Positions 56,084 to 64,000 of a DNA stretch of 64,000 bases are shown here, piece by piece. Positions within the stretch are counted from its first letter, which is position 1, and the number at the start of each line of letters is the position of its first letter. Under the pieces are notes generated by a model. It searched no databases. It had not been told where the DNA came from and saw nothing but the letters and a program-made list of their open reading frames with translations. The position numbers and the translations under genes were made by a program. The stretch spans positions 6,450-70,449 of the forward strand of contig JBDQOI010000012.1 in the NCBI GenBank assembly GCA_040261275.1, in the 5' to 3' direction. The DNA comes from Flavobacteriales bacterium (lineage in GTDB: Bacteria; Bacteroidota; Bacteroidia; Flavobacteriales_D; Sanyastnellaceae).

Positions 56084-56482
56084 TCAAAGTTCGGTTGTCG
56101 GGTCCCAGAAAATTGCGTCGAAGTCCACGACGCGGTCATGCTCCACCTTCGACCCCTCCGCGCCCAGGCGATCGGCCATGGTTGTCGGGGTGGGGAAGTG
56201 CATTCTCCCGGAGAGCAAGCCCTGTCGGTTCACCACGCGGTGCGCTGGAACGGGCTCTCCCTCCGCGCCGGGGTCCAGCGCCCGGTTCATGGCCCATCCC
56301 ACCATCCGGCTGGCCCGGGCCGCGCCGAGGTAGCGGGCAATGGCCCCGTAGCTGGTCACGCGGCCCTCTGGAATCAATCGGGCCACAGCGTGAACGTCCT
56401 GCTCGAAATCGCCAGAACCCGGGCGCGCCGTGGGCGAGGGCTGAATCGACCCCTGACCCTGGCTTTGGTCTTTTCCGCTCAT
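56084..56482 (-). CDS. Alkyltransferase-like (ATL) MGMT-family DNA-binding protein, active-site Cys replaced by Ala
   Basis: IPEGRVTSYGAIA...VPAHRVVNRQG. The canonical PCHRV is PAHRV here (Ala codon 56243-56245). 132 aa with no N-terminal MGMT domain. Confidence 0.75.
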   Translation of the reverse strand: MSGKDQSQGQGSIQPSPTARPGSGDFEQDVHAVARLIPEGRVTSYGAIARYLGAARASRMVGWAMNRALDPGAEGEPVPAHRVVNRQGLLSGRMHFPTPTTMADRLGAEGSKVEHDRVVDFDAIFWDPTTEL

Positions 56483-57162
56483 ACCGCCGTCCTGAGGTAA
56501 TGGATCTTCTTCCCCTCCTCGAGCCAGCGCTGTTCATAGAAAGTTCGGATGTTCAGGACTTCGGCAAAATCCGCATCCACACGGGGTGCGAGCTCTCCGT
56601 AGACATCTTGGGAATCCTCGAGGATGGGAAACCCGGCCTCCATCCAGCCCTCTCTGGACAAAGCATAGAGCAAGGGACTGTCACTCTTGACGTGCACGAT
56701 GCCACCAGGCACCATGAATCCCCTGTATCGCTCGAGGAAGACCTCAGAAGTGATGCGCTTGGTCCCCTTCTCATCTTTGGGCTGGGGATCGGAGAAGGTG
56801 AGCCAGATCTCGCTGACCTCACCGGGAGCAAAGAAGTGATGGACGAATTCAATCTTTGTACGCAGGAAGGCCACATTGGACAGACCCTCTTCTTCGCTGG
56901 TCTTCGCGCCACGCCAGAAACGGTGGCCCTTGATGTCCACGCCCATGAAGTTCCGCTCCGGATGACGTCGGGCAAGACCGACGGTGTATTCGCCCTTTCC
57001 ACAGCCCAGTTCGAGGGTGATGGGATGGTCATTGCCGAAGACGGAACGGGCCCATTCGCCGCGGTGCAGCCCCTCTCCGCCCGCGATGGCCTTGATGTCC
57101 GGTTCGAAGACGTGGGAAAATCTCTGGTTCTCCTTCCATTTGCGGAGCTTGTCCTTGCCCAT
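56479..57162 (-). CDS. trmB: tRNA (guanine-N7)-methyltransferase
   Basis: ELGCGKGEYTV SAM site and DPQPK...KRIT motifs. ATG at 57162. Confidence 0.88.
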   Translation of the reverse strand: MGKDKLRKWKENQRFSHVFEPDIKAIAGGEGLHRGEWARSVFGNDHPITLELGCGKGEYTVGLARRHPERNFMGVDIKGHRFWRGAKTSEEEGLSNVAFLRTKIEFVHHFFAPGEVSEIWLTFSDPQPKDEKGTKRITSEVFLERYRGFMVPGGIVHVKSDSPLLYALSREGWMEAGFPILEDSQDVYGELAPRVDADFAEVLNIRTFYEQRWLEEGKKIHYLRTAV

Positions 57163-57182
57163 GGCGGGCGAAATTACAGCGC

Positions 57183-58331
57183 ATGAGCGGAGCCGCAACG
57201 TCTTCCGAGCCCAGCAGACCGCACGTGTTGTTTGCCATCCTCGATTGGGGGATGGGCCATGCGACGCGGACCTGGCCCCTCATCGTGGCGGCTCGGAGCG
57301 CCGGCGCTCGTGTAACGGTGGCTTCGAGGGGGACAGCAGGGGCATGGCTGGACGCCCGCATGGCGGATTGGGACGAACGAAACGATACAGCATCAGCCCC
57401 TCCCTGGAGCCGGGTAGACAAGCCGGGGGTCACCATCCGCTATGCGAAGGGACGCGCCACTTTGCTGCGCATTGGTCTGCAAATCCCGAGATTCGTGGCC
57501 AGTTTCCGCAAGGAACGGCACTGGACCCACCGCTTTATCCTGCAAAACGGTGTGACCCATGTGCTCAGTGACAACTGCTACGGTTGTCATGCGGGGCCAA
57601 CAGGAGCCCGGAGTGTCTTCATGACCCACCAGTTCCAACCTCCTGTGCCCGGTCTTGCAAAGCCCATCGCCAGAGTATGGGTTCGCAAACTGACACAGGC
57701 CTTTGATGAGGCATGGGTCCCGGATTCTCCCGACCATGCTTTTGCCGGAAACCTCTCCGTCTCGACCCACCCCTGCACCCGATATGTCGGACCGCTCAGT
57801 CGGTTTCAAGTGAAGCAACCACAAGGGATCGAAGGGGCAACCCCTCCCGCTGCACTGCTCGGTCTCGTCAGCGGGCCGGAACCACAGCGGAGTGAAATGG
57901 CGGCGGCGTTGCGGCAATGCTTCCTCGAGGACGGGCGTCCTGCCCTGATTTTCTCTGGATGTCCCGGCAAAGGCGAAGAGCAAGACGCCAATGTGCTGAT
58001 TGTCCATGATCCGGATGACCAGCTATTTCGGGAAGCCGTCCAGGGAGCCGAGTGCATCGTCTGCCGAAGTGGATACAGCACCTTGATGGACCTTGCCGTC
58101 ATCGGGAAACCCGCAGTCCTCGTTCCCACCATAGGCCAGCCCGAACAGGAAAGACTGGCGCACCGATGGCAACGTGAATGGGGTTGGACCCTGCTTCACT
58201 CCGCGGAAATTGCGGACTTTCGCCCCGAGTCGGCAACAGGAAAATTTCCACCTGCCTCCATTTCTGACCCGATCCGGCTGATGGGCAATTGGCTGGGCAC
58301 CCCCCCTAGGATACCGAGATATGACGGATGA
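57183..58331 (+). CDS. GT-B fold glycosyltransferase (MurG/GT28-like, uncharacterised)
   Basis: HVLFAILDWGMGHATR N-terminal motif and C-terminal CRSGYSTLMDL...VPT.GQ.EQ, typical of GT1/GT28 enzymes. Confidence 0.55.
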   Translation: MSGAATSSEPSRPHVLFAILDWGMGHATRTWPLIVAARSAGARVTVASRGTAGAWLDARMADWDERNDTASAPPWSRVDKPGVTIRYAKGRATLLRIGLQIPRFVASFRKERHWTHRFILQNGVTHVLSDNCYGCHAGPTGARSVFMTHQFQPPVPGLAKPIARVWVRKLTQAFDEAWVPDSPDHAFAGNLSVSTHPCTRYVGPLSRFQVKQPQGIEGATPPAALLGLVSGPEPQRSEMAAALRQCFLEDGRPALIFSGCPGKGEEQDANVLIVHDPDDQLFREAVQGAECIVCRSGYSTLMDLAVIGKPAVLVPTIGQPEQERLAHRWQREWGWTLLHSAEIADFRPESATGKFPPASISDPIRLMGNWLGTPPRIPRYDG

Positions 58332-58770
58332 AGACTTCATGAAGCAGGCGTTGGACCAGGCGCATCGGGCGGCCGAAATGGGTGAAGTACCCGTGGGGGC
58401 CGTCATCGTGGCCGGCGGGCGCATCATTGCGAGGGCGCACAACCTGTGCGAGCGGCTGAACGACTTTACCGCCCATGCCGAAATGCAGGCCTTCACATCG
58501 GCCAGCGAATATCTGGGCGGCAAATTCCTGGACCAGTGCACGCTTTATGTCACGCTGGAGCCTTGTCCCATGTGCGCCGGGGCGTCATTCTGGACAAGGA
58601 TTGGACGCATTGTCTATGGCGCACGGGATGACAAACGCGGCGGCCTGGACTTCCGCGGAAAGCGTGATGAAGGGCTGTTTCACAACCGCACCGAGATGTT
58701 GGGTGGCGTGATGGAGGAGGAATGTGCGGAACTCCTCCGGACCTTCTTCGCCCGCCGCAGGAAAAGCTGA
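58321..58770 (+). CDS. tadA: tRNA adenosine(34) deaminase
   Basis: HAEMQA and PCPMCAGA zinc motifs; 149 aa. Confidence 0.92.
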   Translation: MTDEDFMKQALDQAHRAAEMGEVPVGAVIVAGGRIIARAHNLCERLNDFTAHAEMQAFTSASEYLGGKFLDQCTLYVTLEPCPMCAGASFWTRIGRIVYGARDDKRGGLDFRGKRDEGLFHNRTEMLGGVMEEECAELLRTFFARRRKS

Positions 58771-58794
58771 CCGGGCGCCACCTAATTTTGCGCC

Positions 58795-60147
58795 GTGGAG
58801 GAATTGACCCGCACATACCTCGATGCCGTCAGCGAAGAGATCGCAGGTCGCAAGGATGACCTCCTCCGCGCGCGGTTCGATGAGCTGCACCCTGCCGACG
58901 TCGCAGAGATTTTTGATCACCTGGGACTCGAAGAGGTGCAATACCTCTGGAAGCTCATCGACATGGAAGAGCGCGGTGACGTGCTCATTGAACTCGAGGA
59001 GGACGTTCGGGAGCAGCTGCTCGCCAATCTGACCAACAAGGAAATTGCCGAGGAGGTCCTCGAGCACATCGACTCGGATGACGCGGCGGACGTCGTTTCC
59101 GAATTGCCCGAGGACCGTGCCCAAAAGGTCATCCAACGGTTGGACAACGAAGACCGCGAGGACCTGCTGACCCTGCTGCGTTACCCCGAAGGAACGGCAG
59201 GGGCGCTCATGGGGACCGAGTTGATCCGCGTGGAGCTCGACTGGACCGTTTCCCATGCCATCCGCGAGATGCGGAAGCAGGCGGAAGAAGTGGAAACCGT
59301 CCACAGTGTCTACGTAGTGAATGCCTCGGGTCAACTGCTGGGCAGACTCTCGCTGAAGCGCTTGCTGCTCACCGCCACCAGCACCCGGAGCACCATTGGT
59401 GACCTTTTCAAGGAGGACGACACCCGCACCATCAAGGTGGACGAACCCGATGAGAAGGTGGTGCAGATGATGAAGAAGTACGACCTCGTGGCCCTTCCTG
59501 TGGTGGACGACCACAACCGCCTGCTCGGCCGCATCACCATCGATGACGTGGTCGACCTGATGGAGGAAGAGGCCGAAAAGGACTATCAATTGGCCAGTGG
59601 TCTGAGTGATGATGTCGAGAGCGACGACTCCTTGTGGGAACTGACCCGCGCCCGATTGCCGTGGCTGCTCATCGGGCTTTTCGGAGGTCTCGCAGGCGCT
59701 TACGTGATTGGAGCATTCGACATTGAGCGCTTTCCTTCCATGGCACTCTTCATTCCGCTGATCGCGGCCATGGGGGGCAACGTGGGCGTGCAGTCCGCCG
59801 CCATCGTGGTGCAAGGACTGGCCGCCGGCCGAAGTCCCCGCGACGCCCGGTTGGTGCCGCGCCTCACAAAAGAGTTTTCCGTTGCCCTGCTCAACGGCAC
59901 CATCTGCGCGGCCGTCATCCTGGGCGCGAGCATGGCGCTGGGATATGGATGGAACCTCAGCGTGACCGTCAGCCTCGCCCTGATTGCCGTCATCATCTTC
60001 GCCGCGCTGTTTGGCACTTTCATCCCCTTGACGTTGGACCGCTTCAAGATCGATCCTGCCCTCGCCACTGGTCCCTTCATTACCACAGCGAACGACATCA
60101 TTGGGCTCATCATCTATTTCGGCATCGGCGTGCTGATGGCCGCCTGA
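58795..60147 (+). CDS. mgtE: Magnesium transporter MgtE
   Basis: N-domain, two CBS domains and 5 C-terminal TM segments with the ATGPFITTANDIIGL motif. GTG start. Confidence 0.92.
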   Translation: MEELTRTYLDAVSEEIAGRKDDLLRARFDELHPADVAEIFDHLGLEEVQYLWKLIDMEERGDVLIELEEDVREQLLANLTNKEIAEEVLEHIDSDDAADVVSELPEDRAQKVIQRLDNEDREDLLTLLRYPEGTAGALMGTELIRVELDWTVSHAIREMRKQAEEVETVHSVYVVNASGQLLGRLSLKRLLLTATSTRSTIGDLFKEDDTRTIKVDEPDEKVVQMMKKYDLVALPVVDDHNRLLGRITIDDVVDLMEEEAEKDYQLASGLSDDVESDDSLWELTRARLPWLLIGLFGGLAGAYVIGAFDIERFPSMALFIPLIAAMGGNVGVQSAAIVVQGLAAGRSPRDARLVPRLTKEFSVALLNGTICAAVILGASMALGYGWNLSVTVSLALIAVIIFAALFGTFIPLTLDRFKIDPALATGPFITTANDIIGLIIYFGIGVLMAA

Positions 60148-60151
60148 CGGA

Positions 60152-61096
60152 ATGAAGGTGCTGTTCATCGATACGGTGCACCCGGTGCTCGCCGAGCGTC
60201 TGACAGCCGCAGGCATGCTTTGCGTGGACGGCACCTCCATTCGCGCCGACGAAGCCGTTCGAGCCCACGGAGACGCAGAAGGTCTCGTCATCCGAAGTCG
60301 AGTGAGGGTAGACGCCCCATTGATGGACCGTCTGCCCGGCCTCAAGTTCATCTGCCGTTCGGGGGCGGGACTGGAGAACATCGATCTCGCCGTGTCGCAA
60401 TTCCGAGGAATCAAGGTCTACAACAGCCCTGAGGGAAACCGCGATGCCGTTGGCGAACATGCACTGGGCATGCTGCTCTCGCTGCTCAACCTGCTCCGGG
60501 AAGCGGACCGTTCCCTGAGAGAGGGCCGATGGGACCGCGAAGGGCACCGCGGCATGGAGCTCGCCGGTCGAACGGTAGGCATTCTGGGGTATGGCAATAT
60601 GGGAAGCGCCTTTGCCGGCAAGTTGACGGGGATGGGATGCCGAATCCTGGCGCACGACCCTTACCGACCATCCTTCGACGGCGACCACGACGGAAAGGTG
60701 CAGGCTGTGGACCTGCCCACCCTGCAACGAGAAGCCGATGTACTCAGCTTGCATTGCAACCTCACGCCGGAGACCAAAGGCCTGGTGGACCGCACCTTCA
60801 TCTCTTCATTCGCCAAGCCCTTCATCCTGCTCAATTCGGCCCGCGGGGCCATCGTCCGCACGGTCGACCTGCTGGACGCTCTGCAAACCGGTCAGGTCAT
60901 GGCGGCAGGCCTCGACGTTTTTGAGCGGGAAACCAGCAGTTTCGAAACGGTCGCCAACGAGGGGGACCCGGTGTGGATGCGGCTGATGGCCCACCCCCGG
61001 GTACAGGTCAGCCCGCACGTGGCGGGCTGGACCGAAGAGAGTTACGTAAAGTTGTCGTCCGTACTGGCGGACAAGGTCCTCGCCGATTTCGGCTGA
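60152..61096 (+). CDS. D-isomer-specific 2-hydroxyacid dehydrogenase (phosphoglycerate dehydrogenase-like)
   Basis: GILGYGNMG NAD site; SARG, D..E and PH.AG catalytic motifs. Confidence 0.82.
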   Translation: MKVLFIDTVHPVLAERLTAAGMLCVDGTSIRADEAVRAHGDAEGLVIRSRVRVDAPLMDRLPGLKFICRSGAGLENIDLAVSQFRGIKVYNSPEGNRDAVGEHALGMLLSLLNLLREADRSLREGRWDREGHRGMELAGRTVGILGYGNMGSAFAGKLTGMGCRILAHDPYRPSFDGDHDGKVQAVDLPTLQREADVLSLHCNLTPETKGLVDRTFISSFAKPFILLNSARGAIVRTVDLLDALQTGQVMAAGLDVFERETSSFETVANEGDPVWMRLMAHPRVQVSPHVAGWTEESYVKLSSVLADKVLADFG

Positions 61097-61111
61097 TACC
61101 TTAACGGCGAA

Positions 61112-61573
61112 TCAATTCGTCCTTTCGCGGGAATTCGCGGAGTACAAGACCTTCAAGGCAGACGCCTTCCGGAGTTCCTGCTTGACGTCCGTCACGACCC
61201 CCATCTTGGTGTCTTGGTCGACTTTCATGGAAACCCACATCTTGGTCTGCTCGGCCTCCGCCAAAGTCAAACGCTCATTCTCCACCCAATCGCGGATTTG
61301 AGCCACATCGGAGAACTGGTCGTTGAGCTGGATGACCGGCTCAGTTCCATAACGCTTGTCCTGCGGCGGACCGATGTTGATGTAGCGGATCAGGTGCTTC
61401 TTCTCGATCTTATAGATCTCGGAAGCCTCCGGGCGCACCACCTTGACCATTTCTTCCTCGGTACGCAACACGGTCGCGACCATGAAGAAGAACAGGAGCA
61501 TGAAGACGATATCGGGGAGCGAGGCCGTGGAAATGGCCCCCATCTCGCGCTTCTTTTTCTTGAACTTGCCCAT
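61112..61573 (-). CDS. exbD: ExbD/TolR family biopolymer transport protein
   Basis: LPDIVFMLLFFFMV TM segment plus a periplasmic domain; 153 aa. Confidence 0.85.
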   Translation of the reverse strand: MGKFKKKKREMGAISTASLPDIVFMLLFFFMVATVLRTEEEMVKVVRPEASEIYKIEKKHLIRYINIGPPQDKRYGTEPVIQLNDQFSDVAQIRDWVENERLTLAEAEQTKMWVSMKVDQDTKMGVVTDVKQELRKASALKVLYSANSRERTN

Positions 61574-62325
61574 CAGTAATAACCTTGACTTGCATCACGC
61601 GGCTCCGCTTCCGAGATGCGTTGGGGATAAACGAGGCGAATCGCCTTGATCTTGTCGAGAAGACTCTCCTCTTTCGTCCGTCCATACCGCTCCTCCAATG
61701 AGGCATAGGATTCGTTGAACTTGGACAGAGACAACTCGTCGCGCAGCTCATTGACGGCCGCCTCGAGCTCGTTTTGCACCTGCAGGTACAAATCGTACGA
61801 GGTATTGCGGTCAGTCTGGAGGCTGATCAGCGCAGAACCCGGAAGCTCCTTGTAATCGCTGCCAAACAGCTCAATGGCCGTCAGTTTCTCCCGAACACGT
61901 TCAGCCGCCTTCGGCTGGCCTGCGGCGATGTAGCTCTGCTCCAACGCCACGAGCTCCACCTTGCGCACCCATTGGCGTTCGGGATACTTCATGTTGTCGT
62001 CTCCCAACGTCACATTCGGACGCTCGGGATGCAGGAGTCCTGTGCCCGTGGCAATGAGGAAATCCTTTGCTCCGTCCTTGAGCTCCCCAATGGACAACAC
62101 CTCTTTCTCGACGAGCAACTCATCGCGGAAGTTGGTCCGGACATTGTAGACGTCTCCGTCCTTCACCTCCTGCTGCTCCATGTCCGGCGGAACCGGAGGA
62201 GGCAGTTGGCGCTTGACACCCTCGTCGCTGTCAATGGTGGTGGTGACGAGCCAGAAAATCAAGAGCAGGAAGGCGATGTCCGCCATCGATCCCGCATTGA
62301 TTTCTGGTACTTCTCTACGTGCCAT
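61573..62325 (-). CDS. ExbD/TolR family protein (long form)
   Basis: INAGSMADIAFLLLIFWLV TM segment with an extended periplasmic region; 250 aa. Confidence 0.78.
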   Translation of the reverse strand: MARREVPEINAGSMADIAFLLLIFWLVTTTIDSDEGVKRQLPPPVPPDMEQQEVKDGDVYNVRTNFRDELLVEKEVLSIGELKDGAKDFLIATGTGLLHPERPNVTLGDDNMKYPERQWVRKVELVALEQSYIAAGQPKAAERVREKLTAIELFGSDYKELPGSALISLQTDRNTSYDLYLQVQNELEAAVNELRDELSLSKFNESYASLEERYGRTKEESLLDKIKAIRLVYPQRISEAEPRDASQGYY

Positions 62326-62331
62326 GAGCGG

Positions 62332-62784
62332 TCAGAGCCAGTTTTTGAGCAGGGACTTGCCCTCCACAACAAGGATGGATCCAATGGCCATCAGGCCGAG
62401 GATATAAATAAGTTGAATGCTCGCGTCGGCAATTTTCACGTCCTGCTCGGTCACCGTGGCGCCCCCGGCCAGCATGGCTGAAGTAACGGTGGTGTCCGCC
62501 ATGCTCCAGGCGATGATGCCTGCGACGATGAAGACGGCAAATCCGATGAGCGCTCCCATGGCCTTCTTGGGCTGGGTAGCGAGCTTCTGCCCGAAGTGGT
62601 AGAGCCCGAAACCGAGGATGGCGATGACGCAAACTGCCCCGGTGTACAGATTCAAGCTGACCAGACTCTCAACGGCCCCATTGGGGTCGTCGGCGTTGAT
62701 GGCCGACATGACCCAGATGCACCCCAATGCGATGATCAGGATGCGGAGGACGATGAGGGCCGTGCGGATGATGTTGGATTGCAT
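62332..62784 (-). CDS. Hypothetical 4-TM membrane protein within the exbB-exbD operon
   Basis: 150 aa with four hydrophobic segments, between exbB and exbD. Confidence 0.5.
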   Translation of the reverse strand: MQSNIIRTALIVLRILIIALGCIWVMSAINADDPNGAVESLVSLNLYTGAVCVIAILGFGLYHFGQKLATQPKKAMGALIGFAVFIVAGIIAWSMADTTVTSAMLAGGATVTEQDVKIADASIQLIYILGLMAIGSILVVEGKSLLKNWL

Positions 62785-62814
62785 GGTGCTGCTGTTTTGA
62801 GACCGCAGAACCGA

Positions 62815-63672
62815 TCAGCCGTTCAACTTCTTCCGGTACACGAGGTCAACGAGATCCATGGAGGCCTCCTCCATGTCGAAGACGATGCCGTCGATTTTGG
62901 AGAGGATGTAGTTGTAGAAGATCTGCAGGATGATGGCCACGACGAGACCTGAGACTGTCGTGATCAAAGCGACCTTAATACCGCCCGCAACGATGGAGGC
63001 GTTGATGGTGTTGGCCTGGGCAATTTTATCGAAGGCCTCGATCATACCGATAACGGTTCCCATGAAACCGAGCATCGGCGCCAGTGCGATGAACAGGCTG
63101 ATCCAGCTCAATCCACGCTCGAGCTTTGTGCTCTCGAGGCTGCCGTAGTCCTCCACGGCCTTCGCCAGCTCCTCGTAGCTACCGCCACTGCGGTCGAGGC
63201 CCTGGTGGAAGATCGCGGCCACGGGTCCGCGGGTGTCGGCGCACACCGCTTTGGCTGCGTCCACACCGCCACTGTTCATGGCTTCCTCTACGCTATTGAG
63301 GAGCGCCTTGGTGTTGGTGGTCGCCATGTTGAGGTAGATGATGCGCTCGACGGCAAGGGCCAATCCGAAGATGAGACAGAGTACAACGAAGCTCATGAAG
63401 AGCACGCCGCCCTCGATGATTCGGAGCTTGATCTGCTGGCGGGCACCGGTTACCTCTACGGTGTCTTCCATCGGAGCGGCGACCGGAGCTTCCGGTTCGG
63501 CTTCGACGGTCATGGCGGCGGAGTCGACAGCGGTGCTGTCGGCAGCCATGGTGCTATCGGCCGCCATCATGGTGGTGTCGGCGGACATTTCCATCGTGGA
63601 ATCGGCGTCCTGAGCGGAAACCGAGGCGGTGAACATAAGGGCCACTGCGAGGAGGGCGAACAACTGCTTCAT
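62815..63672 (-). CDS. exbB: MotA/TolQ/ExbB proton-channel protein with a signal peptide and a low-complexity N-terminal extension
   Basis: C-terminal ALAPMLGFMGTVIGMI...ALITTVSGL motifs. N-terminal signal, then ADSTM-type repeats. Confidence 0.88.
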   Translation of the reverse strand: MKQLFALLAVALMFTASVSAQDADSTMEMSADTTMMAADSTMAADSTAVDSAAMTVEAEPEAPVAAPMEDTVEVTGARQQIKLRIIEGGVLFMSFVVLCLIFGLALAVERIIYLNMATTNTKALLNSVEEAMNSGGVDAAKAVCADTRGPVAAIFHQGLDRSGGSYEELAKAVEDYGSLESTKLERGLSWISLFIALAPMLGFMGTVIGMIEAFDKIAQANTINASIVAGGIKVALITTVSGLVVAIILQIFYNYILSKIDGIVFDMEEASMDLVDLVYRKKLNG

Positions 63673-63803
63673 GGTGAAGATGTGGGTCGTGGTTGTGTCG
63701 TTGTATGCAAACCTTTGGGTTCGCGAGGGGCGAATTTAGGCAATCGACTTCCTCTCCGGCAATCGGCGTGCCATGAAGGTGGTGATTTCCTGTTCCGATC
63801 GTG

Positions 63804-64000
63804 TTAAAGTGTGCCCATCCGGCCAGCCCGGTAGTCCTCAATACACCGCTGGATCTGACTCCTGTCGTTCATGACGAAGGGTCCATAGGATACCACTGGC
63901 TCGTTGAGCGGGCGCCCACCCAATGCCAGAAATTCCGCGCCTTCCTGAGAATAAAAGCGGATGACATCTCCTCCCCTTTGATACAAAGCCAGCTGCTGGC
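63804..64000 (-). CDS. Pirin-family protein, C-terminal fragment (gene runs off the right edge)
   Basis: ...EPVVSYGPFVMNDRSQIQRCIEDYRAGRMGTL is a typical pirin C-terminus. The frame stays open to the window end. Confidence 0.7.
   Translation of the reverse strand, partial: QQLALYQRGGDVIRFYSQEGAEFLALGGRPLNEPVVSYGPFVMNDRSQIQRCIEDYRAGRMGTL

Noticed and set aside
58585-60414. 609-aa minus-strand ORF
   Set aside because: It is antisense to tadA, mgtE and the dehydrogenase gene, all of which have clear family motifs. Shadow ORF.

Overview
High-GC (about 60% in hand-counted samples) chromosomal window that looks like Bacteroidota. The signs are TTG-N19/20-TAnnTTTG promoters, a T9SS type-A C-terminal sorting domain, a DUF4290-murA pair, grpE-dnaJ without dnaK, and fusA running straight into rpsJ. 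About 70 tightly packed genes, many with ATGA/TGATG overlaps. Housekeeping content: the str/S10 ribosomal operon (rpsL to rpsS), a UvrD/PcrA helicase, folE plus a eukaryote-type PTPS, hldD, alaS, an ABC-2 exporter, grpE-dnaJ, murA, a two-component system, waaA, a nucleotide-sugar cluster (45960-53224), a ferredoxin/FNR/NifU/Mrp block, trmB, tadA, mgtE and exbB-exbD-exbD. The stand-out is a roughly 9-kb locus bounded by tRNA-Gly(GCC) and tRNA-Leu(TAA). It encodes two translationally coupled giant secreted proteases, an M43 metalloprotease of 1616 aa and an S1 lysyl-endopeptidase-like protease of 726 aa. Neither ends in a T9SS tag. Instead they share a tail built of 21-aa GCTDxxACN[YF] cysteine minimotifs, a P-domain-like module and cysteine-bracketed dockerin-like EF-hand repeats. 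The same tail is on an arylsulfotransferase-like protein 3 kb upstream. Single dockerin-like loops sit at the mature N-termini of two small secreted proteins in a lower-GC patch next to tRNA-Leu, beside a pentapeptide-repeat gene with a near-perfect 15-nt DNA periodicity and a 26-nt direct repeat. No cohesin-like partner, integrase, transposase, CRISPR array or recognisable defence genes were seen. Many long ORFs in the track are antisense shadows typical of high-GC DNA and were rejected.
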